A stretch of 64,000 nucleotides of DNA from an uncultured Alphaproteobacteria bacterium (GTDB lineage Bacteria; Pseudomonadota; Alphaproteobacteria; Sphingomonadales; Sphingomonadaceae). The notes under the pieces were generated by a model that saw only the letters and a list, made by a program, of their open reading frames with translations, ran no database searches and had not been told where the DNA came from. Made by a program: the position numbers and the translations under genes. Each line of letters opens with the position of its first letter. The first letter of the stretch is position 1. Shown piece after piece: positions 20,572 to 31,200 of this stretch. The DNA is taken from NCBI GenBank assembly GCA_963728515.1, contig CAVSKM010000005.1, positions 39,232-103,231 on the forward strand, written 5' to 3'.

Positions 20572-21761
20572 TGAAAGCGATTACCTGGCACGGCAAGCAC
20601 GACGTCCGCTGCGAGACAGTGGACGATCCCGAAATCCTCAATCCGCGCGATGCGATCATCCGAGTTACCTCGACCGCGATCTGCGGTTCGGATTTGCATC
20701 TCTACGACGGGTTCATTCCCGCGATGAAGCCCGGCGATATTCTCGGCCATGAATTCATGGGCGAGGTGGTCGAGACCGGTTCGGCGAGCACGTTGAAGAA
20801 GGGCCAGCGGATCGTCGTTCCCTTCCCGATCGCATGCGGGCGCTGCTACCATTGCTCCAAACAGCAATATTCGGGGTGCGAGAACGGCAATCCGGCAGAC
20901 AAGCAGGACCTTGGCCGCGAGCTCTATGGCCAGCCCACCGCGGCGATCTTCGGCTACAGCCATTTGACCGGCGGCTATGCCGGCGGGCAAGCCGAATATG
21001 TCCGGGTCCCCTTTTCGGACTTCGGTCCGCTGGTCATTCCCGACGACAGCGTCGAGGACGACAAGGTGCTGTTCCTTACCGACATCCTGCCTACAGGCTG
21101 GATGGCGGCCGAGAATGCCGAGATCGAGCCGGGCGATACCGTCGCGGTCTGGGGCTGCGGTCCGGTCGGGCTGTTCGCGGTGCAATCGGCCTTCCTGATG
21201 GGCGCCGAACGGGTGATCGCGATCGATCACTTTCCACACCGCCTCGAGCTGGCCCGCAAATTCGGAGCCGAGACGATCGATTTCGAACACAGCAAGGTCT
21301 ATGAGGCACTGCAGGACATGACCGGCGGGATCGGTCCCGACGCATCGATCGATTGCGTCGGCCTAGAAGCGCATGGCGCCTTTGCCGACAACATCCTCGA
21401 CCAGATCAAGGTCTCGACCCTGCTCGGCACCGATCGCGGGCATGTCATCCGGCAGGTGATCGTCGCCACGCGCAAGGGCGGCCGGGTGTCCATGCCCGGG
21501 GTCTATGGAGGGGTCATCGACAAGTTCCCGATCGGTGCCCTGATGGAAAAGGGGCTGTCGCTCAAGACCGGGCAGACCCATGTTCAGCGCTATCTCGAGC
21601 CGCTCTATACCGCGATTATGGAAGACAAGATCGATTCGACCTTTCTGATCAGCGACCGCATGGGACTGGAGGAAGGCCCCGAAGGGTACCGCAAATTCCA
21701 CGACGAGCAGAACGAGCACACCAAGATCGTGCTCAAGCCCGGGGAGATGGCCGCCGCCTGA
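20571..21761 (+). CDS. zinc-dependent alcohol/formaldehyde-type dehydrogenase
   Basis: GHEFMGEV catalytic zinc block, structural-zinc Cys cluster (CGRCYHC...C) and GxGxxG (VWGCGPVGL). Confidence 0.9.
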   Translation: MKAITWHGKHDVRCETVDDPEILNPRDAIIRVTSTAICGSDLHLYDGFIPAMKPGDILGHEFMGEVVETGSASTLKKGQRIVVPFPIACGRCYHCSKQQYSGCENGNPADKQDLGRELYGQPTAAIFGYSHLTGGYAGGQAEYVRVPFSDFGPLVIPDDSVEDDKVLFLTDILPTGWMAAENAEIEPGDTVAVWGCGPVGLFAVQSAFLMGAERVIAIDHFPHRLELARKFGAETIDFEHSKVYEALQDMTGGIGPDASIDCVGLEAHGAFADNILDQIKVSTLLGTDRGHVIRQVIVATRKGGRVSMPGVYGGVIDKFPIGALMEKGLSLKTGQTHVQRYLEPLYTAIMEDKIDSTFLISDRMGLEEGPEGYRKFHDEQNEHTKIVLKPGEMAAA

Positions 21762-21767
21762 CCTTCG

Positions 21768-22352
21768 TCAGCCGAGCAGATCCGGATCGACGGCCGCCTC
21801 GTCCTCGAACTGGACGCCGAAGCTGTTGAGCATCATCGAGACCTGCGTGTACTGGCCGACGGTGAAGACGAGATCCATCCGCCCGCGGTCACCGAGCGGT
21901 TCGAGCGCAGCCCAAGTCGGCTCGCTGACGAAGTGGTCCGCCACGAGTTCGTCGGAGGCGCGGATCATCGCGGCTTCCTGCGCAGTCCAGCCGGGAGCAT
22001 CGGGCCCCGCCTTGATGCGCTCGATTTCCTCGTTGCTCAGCCCGCAATCGAGGCCAATGCGGCGGTGCTGCATCCATTCATAGCCCGACCTGCAGTTCCA
22101 GCCTGTCCGCAGGATGACAATCTCGCGTTCGCGCGGCTGAAGGCTGCTCCTGCGCGAAAGGATGTAATTGCCCCAACCCAGAAAGGCGGTCAGCGCCCTG
22201 GGCGCATGGAGCAGCGTGCGGAAGATGTCGAGCACGCGTCCGCGCCCGACCTTGTCCTCCTGCAGCGCGAGAATCGGTTCGATGGCGGCGGCCTGCTCCG
22301 CGTCGAGCCGGCCGAGATCGACCGGCTCGATACGCGGGCGGGCCAGCCGCAT
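21768..22352 (-). CDS. carboxymuconolactone decarboxylase (AhpD-like) family protein
   Basis: Internal ATG 22352 ([10 protein letters not shown]...) overlaps the thiolase stop (ATGA). The region REREIVILRTGWNCRSGYEWMQH is typical of the CMD family. Confidence 0.75.
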   Translation of the reverse strand: MRLARPRIEPVDLGRLDAEQAAAIEPILALQEDKVGRGRVLDIFRTLLHAPRALTAFLGWGNYILSRRSSLQPREREIVILRTGWNCRSGYEWMQHRRIGLDCGLSNEEIERIKAGPDAPGWTAQEAAMIRASDELVADHFVSEPTWAALEPLGDRGRMDLVFTVGQYTQVSMMLNSFGVQFEDEAAVDPDLLG

Positions 22353-23533
22353 CAGAAGATCTCGAACAGGCCGGCCGCGCCCATGCCGCCGCCGACGCAC
22401 ATGGTGACGACCCCGTATTTCGCACCCCGGCGCTTGCCTTCGAGCAGCACATGCCCGGTGCAGCGCGCACCGGTCATGCCATAGGGGTGGCCAATCGAGA
22501 TCGAGCCGCCGCTGACGTTGAGCTTGTCGTTGTCGATCCCGAGCTTGTCGCGGCAATAGAGCACCTGCACCGCGAAGGCCTCGTTCAGTTCCCAGATGCC
22601 GATGTCGTCGACCTTGAGGTCGAAGCGCTTGAGCAGCTTGGGAATGGCGAAGATCGGGCCGATGCCCATTTCGTCGGGTTCGGTGCCCGCGACCGCCATG
22701 CCGACATAGCGGCCGAGCGGCGTGAGGCCCTGCTGTTCGGCCAACTTCGCCTCCATCAGCACGCTGGCGGAGGAGCCGTCGGACAGCTGGCTGGCGTTGC
22801 CGGCGGTGATCGTGGTGCCCGGCCCCATGACCGGCTGCAGGCTCGACAGTCCTTCCAGCGTCGTTCCGGGGCGGTTGCCCTCGTCCTTGGAGATCGTCAC
22901 TTCGACATCTGAGATGTCGCCGGTTTCCTTGTCCTGCACCTTGTGCGTGGTGGTCACCGGAACGATCTCGTCGTCGAACCGGCCTTCCTCCTGCGCGGCA
23001 GCGGTGCGCTGCTGGCTCTGCAGCGCATATTCGTCCTGCGCCTCGCGGCTGATGCCATAGCGCTGCGCCACGGTCTCGGCGGTCTGCAGCATGGGCATGT
23101 AGATCGCGCCATGCATGGCGATCAGCTCGGGATCGGGCATCACGCGCATTTCCTTGGTCTGCACCAGGCTGATCAATTCCTGACCGCCGGCGGCAACCAC
23201 GTCCATCCGGTCGGTGATGATCTGCTTGGCCGCGGTGGCGATGCTCATGAGGCCGCTGGAACACTGGCGGTCGATGGTCATGCCGCTGGTGCCGATGGGG
23301 CAGCCGGCGCGCAGTGCGACCTGCCGGGCGAGATTGCCCGCTTGCGTGCCCTGCTGGAGCGCCGCGCCCCAGACCACGTCGTCGATCCGGTCGGGCTCGA
23401 CCCCGGCGCGTTCGAGCGCGGGCTTGAGCGAATAGGCGCCGAGCGTCGGACCCTTGGTGTCGTTGAACCCGCCCTTATAGGCGCGGCCGATGGCGGTGCG
23501 GGCGGTGGAAACGATGACTGCGTCGCGGGACAT
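22352..23533 (-). CDS. acetyl-CoA acetyltransferase (thiolase)
   Basis: Internal ATG 23533 gives [21 protein letters not shown]. Blocks [30 protein letters not shown]. Confidence 0.93.
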   Translation of the reverse strand: MSRDAVIVSTARTAIGRAYKGGFNDTKGPTLGAYSLKPALERAGVEPDRIDDVVWGAALQQGTQAGNLARQVALRAGCPIGTSGMTIDRQCSSGLMSIATAAKQIITDRMDVVAAGGQELISLVQTKEMRVMPDPELIAMHGAIYMPMLQTAETVAQRYGISREAQDEYALQSQQRTAAAQEEGRFDDEIVPVTTTHKVQDKETGDISDVEVTISKDEGNRPGTTLEGLSSLQPVMGPGTTITAGNASQLSDGSSASVLMEAKLAEQQGLTPLGRYVGMAVAGTEPDEMGIGPIFAIPKLLKRFDLKVDDIGIWELNEAFAVQVLYCRDKLGIDNDKLNVSGGSISIGHPYGMTGARCTGHVLLEGKRRGAKYGVVTMCVGGGMGAAGLFEIF

Positions 23534-23634
23534 GGAAAGGCTCCTTGGTTGTGGATCCCCGAAAAGGGGGATCAGGGTCTTGGCGCGAGGCCGACCGGTC
23601 ATCCCCGTCTGCGCGGGGATTTGATGCTAGGTGA

Positions 23635-24084
23635 TTAGACGAAGAACTGCATGATCCATTCGGTGATCAGCGCGGGCTTGTCCTCGCCTTCGATCTCGAT
23701 CGTGATCTCATGCGTCTGCTGCCACTGACCGGGGCGTTTCTCGACCAGCTCGAGCAGTTTCCAGTGACCGCGGATGCGCTTGCCCGATTTCACGGGGTTG
23801 ATGAAGCGCGTCTTATTGCCCCCGTAATTGACTCCCATCTTCACGCCATCGACCTTGGGCAGGTCCGAATTGGCGCTGAGATAGGGGATCATCGACAGCG
23901 TCAGAAAGCCATGGGCGATGGTTCCGCCGAAGGGCGTCAGCTTGGCCTTCTCCTCGTCGATATGGATGAATTGGTGATCGCCCGTGGCATCGGCGAACAG
24001 GTTGATGCGCTCCTGGCTCATTTCGACCCATTCGCTGGTTCCGATGGTCTCTCCGACCTTTTCTGCCACTTCCTGCGGGGTCAT
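23635..24084 (-). CDS. MaoC family (R-specific enoyl-CoA) hydratase/dehydratase
   Basis: 149 aa single hot-dog with INLFADATGDHQFIHIDEEKA...GGTIAHGF. Confidence 0.85.
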   Translation of the reverse strand: MTPQEVAEKVGETIGTSEWVEMSQERINLFADATGDHQFIHIDEEKAKLTPFGGTIAHGFLTLSMIPYLSANSDLPKVDGVKMGVNYGGNKTRFINPVKSGKRIRGHWKLLELVEKRPGQWQQTHEITIEIEGEDKPALITEWIMQFFV

Positions 24085-24186
24085 CGCGCCTCTCCTTCGA
24101 TTGCCGGACGGCGCGACTCCAGCCGCGCCTGCGGGCGGCAGTCATGGCGCATGCATGGAGCGTTCGCAACCGCGCAAAAGCTGCCG

Positions 24187-25569
24187 TTACGGCATTGCGG
24201 GCTTGCTCGAGGCGGCGCTGCGGCGAGCATCGCGCACGGTCTTGCGCTCGGCCTCGCGCAGGGCCGCTTCGCGCCTGTGACAATAGGTCGCTAGCGCGAT
24301 CTGAAGTCCGACCAGCAGGAGGAAGAACGGCTGGTAGGCGATCCCCTGGAAGGTCGCTCCCACCAGATAGACGATATGCGCGAACTGCAGGGCCGAGGCC
24401 AGCGGACCCTGCCACTGCTCGGCCGAACTCGCCCGGCCACGCCATTTCCGCCGGATGCTCTCCATCTGGATCAGGCCGAGGCCATGCAGCGCCAGCCACA
24501 GGGCGAGGCCCGGCCACCCCTGTTCGCCGAGCATTTCGAAGAAGGAAGAATGATAGGCACGCGCCGAATCGGTCACCTCCTCGATCTGCGTCACCAGTGC
24601 TCCCGCCTTCTCGCGGGTGACCGGCATCCTGTAGCTGAAGCTGTTCGAGCGATAGGCATCGAAGCCGCCGCCGAGCGGATGTTCGGCGACATAGTCGAGC
24701 GTCCAGCCCCAGACCTGCATACGGGTCGACGCGGACTGGTCGGATTCCACCGAACCCAGTGTGGCCATGCGGTCATAATAGCTCGCGGGCAGGAAGGGCA
24801 GCGCCATGAGGCCCAGGACTCCCGCACCCGCCAGATAGAGAAAGCGCCTCTTCACGTCGCGCAGCATCAGCAGCCCGAGAACCGCGATGCACAGCAGCCC
24901 GGTGCGCGCCTCGGTGCCGACCGGAATGAGGAGGCAGGAGAAGATCAGGAGGGCGGCAAACAGCCTGACGTAGCGGTCGGGAGCGAAGATCGTCCCGTGT
25001 CTGGCCAGCCACAGGGCAATGGGGATGATGGCGATCGCTACGGTTGCCAGCGTGGAGCTCTCGTAGATGTTCGAATTGTCGTTCACGAACAGATAGAGAT
25101 TGCCGTAACCGCCGCCCCCGAGCGCCGTCTTGATCCCTGCGGAAATGATGATCGCCCCTGCGGTCAGCACCATGATCAGCGCGGTCGCCTCGATCCGCAG
25201 CCGCGTGACCAGCGTGACCGGCAGGAAAATGGCGAACACCAGCGCCTTCCACACCCACTCCCATTTGTCCTGGGCGTTTTCGGGGAAATCGGCCCACTGC
25301 AAAGTCACGAAACAATAGGCCAGCAGCGCTGCCATTAGTCCTTGGCGCAATGTCAGGCGCGTTTCGGACTTGGCGTCCGCAATGGCCCAGCCGGCGAAAG
25401 CGAGTAGAAACGCGATCAGCGAGATCGGCAGCATTGGCGTGAGCGCCCAGCCGATCTTCTGCGGCGCGAGAATGTCGATGTAGATATAGGCCAGGACCCA
25501 CAGGAAGGGGAGCCGGATGCCGAGCACGAATATCCCCATCACCGTCAGAAACAGCGCGGCGTCAAGCAT
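24187..25569 (-). CDS. O-antigen ligase-like (Wzy_C) polytopic membrane protein, exosortase-A-associated O-glycosylation ligase type
   Basis: Internal ATG 25569 (MLDAALFLTV...). About 12 TM segments. From memory the N-terminal pattern resembles DUF5935/TIGR03097-type ligases. Needs HMM confirmation. Confidence 0.72.
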   Translation of the reverse strand: MLDAALFLTVMGIFVLGIRLPFLWVLAYIYIDILAPQKIGWALTPMLPISLIAFLLAFAGWAIADAKSETRLTLRQGLMAALLAYCFVTLQWADFPENAQDKWEWVWKALVFAIFLPVTLVTRLRIEATALIMVLTAGAIIISAGIKTALGGGGYGNLYLFVNDNSNIYESSTLATVAIAIIPIALWLARHGTIFAPDRYVRLFAALLIFSCLLIPVGTEARTGLLCIAVLGLLMLRDVKRRFLYLAGAGVLGLMALPFLPASYYDRMATLGSVESDQSASTRMQVWGWTLDYVAEHPLGGGFDAYRSNSFSYRMPVTREKAGALVTQIEEVTDSARAYHSSFFEMLGEQGWPGLALWLALHGLGLIQMESIRRKWRGRASSAEQWQGPLASALQFAHIVYLVGATFQGIAYQPFFLLLVGLQIALATYCHRREAALREAERKTVRDARRSAASSKPAMP

Positions 25570-25747
25570 CGCCGTTCTCCGGGGACCGCCGGCGGGCGCG
25601 GCGAGTCTTTCGCTGGCTCCGCGGGAGGTCGGCCGCCGCCTCCTCCGCACACTCACCCTCGCGGTCGAGATCGTCGCGCACGAGCAACCGCAGCAGCGCG
25701 ATGACGATCAGCGCATGGGTCAGCGCAAGGGCAAAATAGTCGATCAC
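25562..25747 (-). CDS. possible small membrane protein (very uncertain)
   Basis: 61-aa ORF with a GTG start and one hydrophobic helix (FALALTHALIVIALLRLLV). Overlaps the ligase start by 8 nt. Weak RBS. Confidence 0.2.
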   Translation of the reverse strand: MIDYFALALTHALIVIALLRLLVRDDLDREGECAEEAAADLPRSQRKTRRARRRSPENGDA

Positions 25748-25826
25748 GGCAGGCTCATTCCGGACGGGTGCTTAGCGCATTGCGGTTGACGCGCCGTTAA
25801 GCGTGTTGTGACACAGAGCCGAGCCG

Positions 25827-27044
25827 ATGACACGCGTTCTGCACATTCTCGACCACTCTCTGCCGCTTCACAGCGGTTACACCTTCCGCACGCGCGCCAT
25901 CCTCAAGAGCCTGGTTGCGGACGGGATCGAGGTGCGGGGCGTAACCGGTCCGCGTCATGCGGCGGAGGGTCCGGCGGTAGAGACGGTCGAAGGCCTGAGC
26001 TTCTACCGTGTGCCGGAGCTGCCGAGCGGGCCGCCCGGTCTGCGCGAATGGCGCGAGATCGAGAGTATGCGCAAGGGCATCGAACGCTTGGCTTCCGAAT
26101 GGCGGCCCGATGTGCTTCACGCCCATTCGCCCGCGCTGTGCGGAATGGCGGGCTTGCGCGCTGCCCGGCGCCTCGGAATTCCCTTGGTCTATGAAATCCG
26201 CGCCTTCTGGGAAGATGCCGCGGTCGGCAATGGTACCGGTTACGAGGGGTCGCTCAAATACCGCCTCACCCGTGCGCTCGAGGATCGGGTGGTCGCCGGC
26301 GCGGATGCGGTCTTCACGATCTGCGCGGGATTGCGCGAGGATCTGGTCGCCCGCGGCCACGATGCCGGGAGAATTGGCCTCAGCCCCAATGGCGTCGATC
26401 TCGCGCTGTTCGGCGCCCCGCCGGCGCGCGATGACGGGCTCGCCGCAGAGCTCGGCATCGCGGCGGGACCCGTTATCGGCTTCGTCGGCAGCTTCTACGA
26501 TTATGAAGGTCTCGACGTCCTTATCGCCGCCATGCCGGCGCTGCTCGCGCGGTATCCAGGGACGCAATTGCTGCTCGTCGGGGGAGGACCCATGGACAGG
26601 GCTCTGCGTGATCAGGCCGCAGCCTCATCCGCCGGCGAGGCGATCCTGTTCACCGGTCGCGTCCCGCATGGCGACGTCGACCGTTACTATTCGCTCATCG
26701 ACGTGCTCGCCTATCCGCGCAAGAAGTCGCGGCTGACCGATCTGGTCACTCCGCTCAAACCCCTGGAGGCCATGGCCCAGAGTGGGATCGTCGCTGCATC
26801 GGACGTCGGAGGGCATCGCGAATTGATCGAGGACGGCGTGACCGGCGTGCTGTTCCCGGCCGACGACCCGCAAGCGGCGGCCCAGGCTCTTGCCGCATTG
26901 CTCGACGCACGGGACATGTGGCCGCAAATGCGCCGCGCCGGTCGCGCGCATGTCGCCGAAAACCACGATTGGGCAAAGAACATAGATCGTTATCGGGCCA
27001 TTTACCAAAAGCTGCTAGAGCGGCAGCACAGCGCGGCCGGCTAG
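25827..27044 (+). CDS. GT4 family glycosyltransferase (exosortase-A-associated Daro_2409-like type)
   Basis: N-terminus MTRVLHILDHSLPLHSGYTFRTRAIL, which I recall as characteristic of TIGR04063-type GTs. C-terminal GT-B block PLKPLEAMAQSGIVAASDVGGHRELIED. Confidence 0.88.
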   Translation: MTRVLHILDHSLPLHSGYTFRTRAILKSLVADGIEVRGVTGPRHAAEGPAVETVEGLSFYRVPELPSGPPGLREWREIESMRKGIERLASEWRPDVLHAHSPALCGMAGLRAARRLGIPLVYEIRAFWEDAAVGNGTGYEGSLKYRLTRALEDRVVAGADAVFTICAGLREDLVARGHDAGRIGLSPNGVDLALFGAPPARDDGLAAELGIAAGPVIGFVGSFYDYEGLDVLIAAMPALLARYPGTQLLLVGGGPMDRALRDQAAASSAGEAILFTGRVPHGDVDRYYSLIDVLAYPRKKSRLTDLVTPLKPLEAMAQSGIVAASDVGGHRELIEDGVTGVLFPADDPQAAAQALAALLDARDMWPQMRRAGRAHVAENHDWAKNIDRYRAIYQKLLERQHSAAG

Positions 27045-27071
27045 CCGCGAGCAGGGACGAACAGAGGGCCG

Positions 27072-28010
27072 ATGACCAGCGACACGCGCACCACACCGAT
27101 CAGCGGCCACCCGGCCTTCAAATGGGGGGTGGCGCTCTGGTTCGCGCTCCTGCTCGGACTTGGTCTGTTCGTCATGCCGGCAAGTGTGCACGCATCGCTG
27201 GCAGATCGTCTGGGACTGGACGGATTGCTTCCAGCCGGCGCGCCGAGTCGCGCCTTTCTTGCTGGCGCGGCGGCGTTGCTGGGGGTGTTGGCCGGTCTGC
27301 TCATCGCTTCAAGGATCGCCGTGCCGGGGGATGCCGACGCCGACCCGGACGCGGACGCGGACGCCGAGGGTTGGGACGAATCCGCGATGGAAGGCCTCGA
27401 ACCCGCGGAAGGGTCGAACGGCGACGTCGGGCAGGACCACGCGTCCGAGCCCAACCACGCGCCCCGCCGTCCGTTCAACCCGCGCGAGGACATCGGCGAA
27501 GAGGGTATCGACCCATCTCGCGAACCCGAAGGAGACCGGTCCGAGCCCGCCGGTGCGGAAGCCGACGCGAGCGCGTTGACCGAATTGTGGCGCGAGGAAA
27601 CCGGACATGCCGGGCTCGACGGCACGTCGTCGATGGCGCCTGCAGAGGAGATCGATGGCCATGACGCTCCGGATTCGGCCCATCTCGCAGAGCCGTTCGC
27701 GGAAGCGGAGGCGGTCGCCAGTCGCTTGGACCACCAGGCCCCGGACGGACCCCCGCCGCTGCGGGAGATCGCCACCGGCGACCTGTCGCTGGTCCAATTG
27801 ACCGCGCGGCTGGAACAGGCGCTGGCGATGTGCAGGGCCGCTGCGCAACGCACGGGTGACGATCACAGCTCGGGGCCTGCCTCCAACCGGCACAGAGGCG
27901 AAATCGGCCCGGTCGTGCACGGCGAATCCAAATCGGGTGACGACGATGCTCCGCAAGCGGCGTTGCAGGAAGCGCTCGCCAAGCTCACCCGACTCGAAAG
28001 ACCGAAATAG
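27072..28010 (+). CDS. hypothetical membrane protein with long acidic disordered region
   Basis: ATG with AGAGGG RBS. Two N-terminal TM helices, a [13 protein letters not shown] tract and a D/E/P/G-rich region. The codon bias is gene-like. Confidence 0.55.
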   Translation: MTSDTRTTPISGHPAFKWGVALWFALLLGLGLFVMPASVHASLADRLGLDGLLPAGAPSRAFLAGAAALLGVLAGLLIASRIAVPGDADADPDADADAEGWDESAMEGLEPAEGSNGDVGQDHASEPNHAPRRPFNPREDIGEEGIDPSREPEGDRSEPAGAEADASALTELWREETGHAGLDGTSSMAPAEEIDGHDAPDSAHLAEPFAEAEAVASRLDHQAPDGPPPLREIATGDLSLVQLTARLEQALAMCRAAAQRTGDDHSSGPASNRHRGEIGPVVHGESKSGDDDAPQAALQEALAKLTRLERPK

Positions 28011-28069
28011 TTACAGGAATTTCCAGCCCCCGCAGAGTGGGTTACAGCGATATTCTTGGCTTGGGTGAA

Positions 28070-28140
28070 ATTTTGCTACGCTTCTCGCAGTTGCAAAATG
28101 GCGATCCGGTCGGCATGACGAGCCTTCGCGCAATTTTGCA
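28070..28140. promoter_or_regulatory. three ATTTTGC(A) half-sites upstream of gltB
   Basis: ATTTTGC (28070-28076), inverted TGCAAAAT (28092-28099) and ATTTTGCA (28133-28140), in an otherwise GC-rich 221-nt leader. Confidence 0.3.
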
Positions 28141-28231
28141 GGTACCGCGTGCGGTGCCGCTCGACCATGCTCCCGGCCGCCCCGCCACTTCGACGAGGCC
28201 GGCCGCGGGCACGAAGGAGGACGCAACGCCG

Positions 28232-31200
28232 ATGGGACGCATGTCGCCCCGCGACAATCCGGGTCTCTACGATCCGCGCAATGAACACGATGCCTGCGGC
28301 GTCGGCATGGTCGCTCATATCAGGGGCGCGAAGAGCCATGCGATCGTCACGCAAGCGCTCGAGATTCTCGCCAATCTCGACCATCGCGGCGCGGTCGGTG
28401 CGGACCCGCTGCTGGGAGATGGCGCCGGGATACTCCTGCAGATCCCCGACCCGCTGATCCGTCGCTGGGCCGACTCCGAAGGTCACGCACTGCCGCAACC
28501 CGGCGACTATGCGATCGCCATGTGCTTCCTGCCGCAGCAGGCCGAGGCGCGGCGGTTTGTCGAACAGCAGCTTGAACGCTTTGTCGAGAAAGAGGGCCAG
28601 CGCGTCATCGGCTGGCGCGATGTGCCGACCACGCTCGACGGTCTGGGCAAGGCTGTGGTCGCTTCGATGCCGGTGATCCGGCAATGCGTGATCGCCCGCG
28701 GACCCGGCTGCACCGATCAGGCCGCTTTCGAGCGCAAGCTGGTGGTCATCCGCAAGCAGACGCTCAACCCGCTCGCCGCGCTCGAGCAGAAGCATGCGCT
28801 TCCGGGGCTGTCGTCCGCCTATATCCCGAGCTTCTCCAGCCGCACAGTCGTCTATAAGGGGCTGTTGCTCGCCAATCAGGTGGGCAGCTTCTACGACGAT
28901 CTGCGCGATCCCGACTGCGTCTCCGCCCTGGGGCTCGTCCATCAGCGTTTTTCCACCAACACCTTTCCGAGCTGGCGGCTCGCGCATCCCTATCGCTTCA
29001 TGGCGCACAATGGCGAGATCAACACGGTTCGCGGCAATGTGAACTGGATGGAGGCGCGCCGCCGGACGATGGAAAGCGAATTGCTGGGCGCCGATCTCGA
29101 CAAGATGTGGCCGTTGATTCCGCACGGTCAGTCGGACACCGCCTGCCTCGACAATGCGCTCGAACTGCTGGTGACGGGCGGGTACAGTCTCGCGCATGCG
29201 ATGATGATGCTGATGCCCGAAGCCTGGGCCAAGAATCCGCTGATGGATCCGGCACGCCGGGCCTTCTACGAATATCATGCTGCCTTGATGGAACCGTGGG
29301 ACGGACCCGCGGCGGTGTGCTTCACCGACGGTCGGCAGATCGGCGCCTGCCTGGATCGCAACGGGCTGCGGCCGGCGCGCTGGTGCACGACCAGGGACGA
29401 TCTCGTCGTGCTCGCTTCGGAAAGCGGCGTTCTGCCCTTCGACGATGCCGACATCACCCGCAAATGGCGGCTGCAGCCGGGCCGCATGCTGCTGATCGAC
29501 CTCGAGGAAGGCCGCATCGTCGAGGACGAGGAACTCAAGGCCGATCTCGCTGCGGCGCAGCCCTATGAGGCATGGCTGGAACGGGCGCAGTACAAGCTGG
29601 AAGACCTCGACCCCATCGAGGCGGATCTTTCGGAGATCCCGCGGCCCACGACCTCGCTGCTCGATCGACAGCAGGCCTTCGGCTATACGCAGGAGGATAT
29701 CTCGCGCTTCCTCGAGCCGATGGCCCGCGGGGGCGAAGATCCGATCGGTTCGATGGGGACCGACACCCCGATCGCGGTGCTGTCGAACCGCAGCCGCCTG
29801 CTCTACGACTATTTCAAGCAGAACTTCGCCCAGGTGACCAACCCCCCGATCGATCCGATCCGCGAGGAGCTGGTGATGAGCCTGCTCTCGATGATCGGCC
29901 CGCGGCCCAACCTGCTGGGGCGCGATGCGGGCACGCACAAGCGCCTCGAGGTGAGCCAGCCGATTCTCACCAACACCGACCTCGCCAAGATCCGCTCGGT
30001 CGGAGTGGCGCTCGACGGCGCCTTCCGCACGGCGACGATCGATGCCACCTGGGATGCCGCCACGGGCGCCGATGGCCTTGCCATGGCGCTCAAGGAAATG
30101 TGCTGGGCGGCCACCGAAGCGGTGCTGCTCGATGCCAATATCCTGATCCTGTCGGACCGCAATCAGGGGCCCGGCCGCATCCCCATGCCGGCGCTGCTCG
30201 CCACGGCCGCTGTTCACCATCAGCTCGTCCGGCAGGGCCTGCGGATGCAGACCGGTCTCGTCATCGAGACCGGAGAAGCGCGCGAAGTGCACCATTTCTG
30301 CGCGCTCGCCGGCTATGGCGCGGAAGGGATCAACCCCTATCTCGCCTTCGAAACGCTCGAGGATCTTCGCGCGACCCGCTTCCCCGAACTCGACGCGGCA
30401 AAGGTCCAGGCGCATTACGTGAAGGCGGTCGGCAAGGGCATCCTCAAGGTCATGTCCAAGATGGGCATATCGACCTACCAGTCCTATTGCGGGGCACAGA
30501 TCTTCGATGCGGTCGGGCTGTCGAGCACCTTCGTCGACACCTATTTCACCGGCACCGCCACCACCATCGAGGGCATCGGCCTCGCCGAAGTCGCCGCCGA
30601 AGCCGTGCAACGGCATGCGCAGGCCTATGGCGACAGCCCGCTCTACGAGGGGATGCTCGATGTCGGCGGGATCTATCAATATCGCATCCGCGGCGAAGCG
30701 CATGCCTGGACCCCGCATTCGGTGGCGACCCTGCAGCACGCCGTGCGCGGGAACGACCCGAAGAATTACGAGGACTTCGCGCGCAGCATCAACGAGCAGT
30801 CGGAGCGGCTGTTGACCATCCGCGGGCTGATGGAGCTGAAGCAGGCCGAAACACCCGTTCCGCTCGATGAGGTCGAGCCTGCCGCGGAGATCGTCAAGCG
30901 CTTCAGCACGGGCGCGATGAGCTTCGGTTCGATCAGTCATGAAGCGCATTCGACGCTGGCAATCGCCATGAACCGTCTCGGCGGACGGTCGAACACCGGC
31001 GAGGGTGGCGAGGAACCCGAACGCTTCGTTGATCTGGACAATGGCGATTCGATGCGCAGCCGCATCAAGCAGGTTGCCAGCGGGCGCTTCGGCGTCACCA
31101 CGGAATATCTGGTCAATTCGGACGATATCCAGATCAAGATGGCGCAGGGCGCGAAGCCCGGAGAGGGCGGTCAGCTGCCCGGCCACAAGGTCGACAAGCG

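Noticed and set aside
23545-23622. Two small hairpins between the MaoC and thiolase genes as intrinsic terminators.
   Set aside because: Neither is followed by a U-tract on the coding (minus) strand. They are more likely mRNA-stabilising or processing structures within an operon, so I do not list them as terminators.
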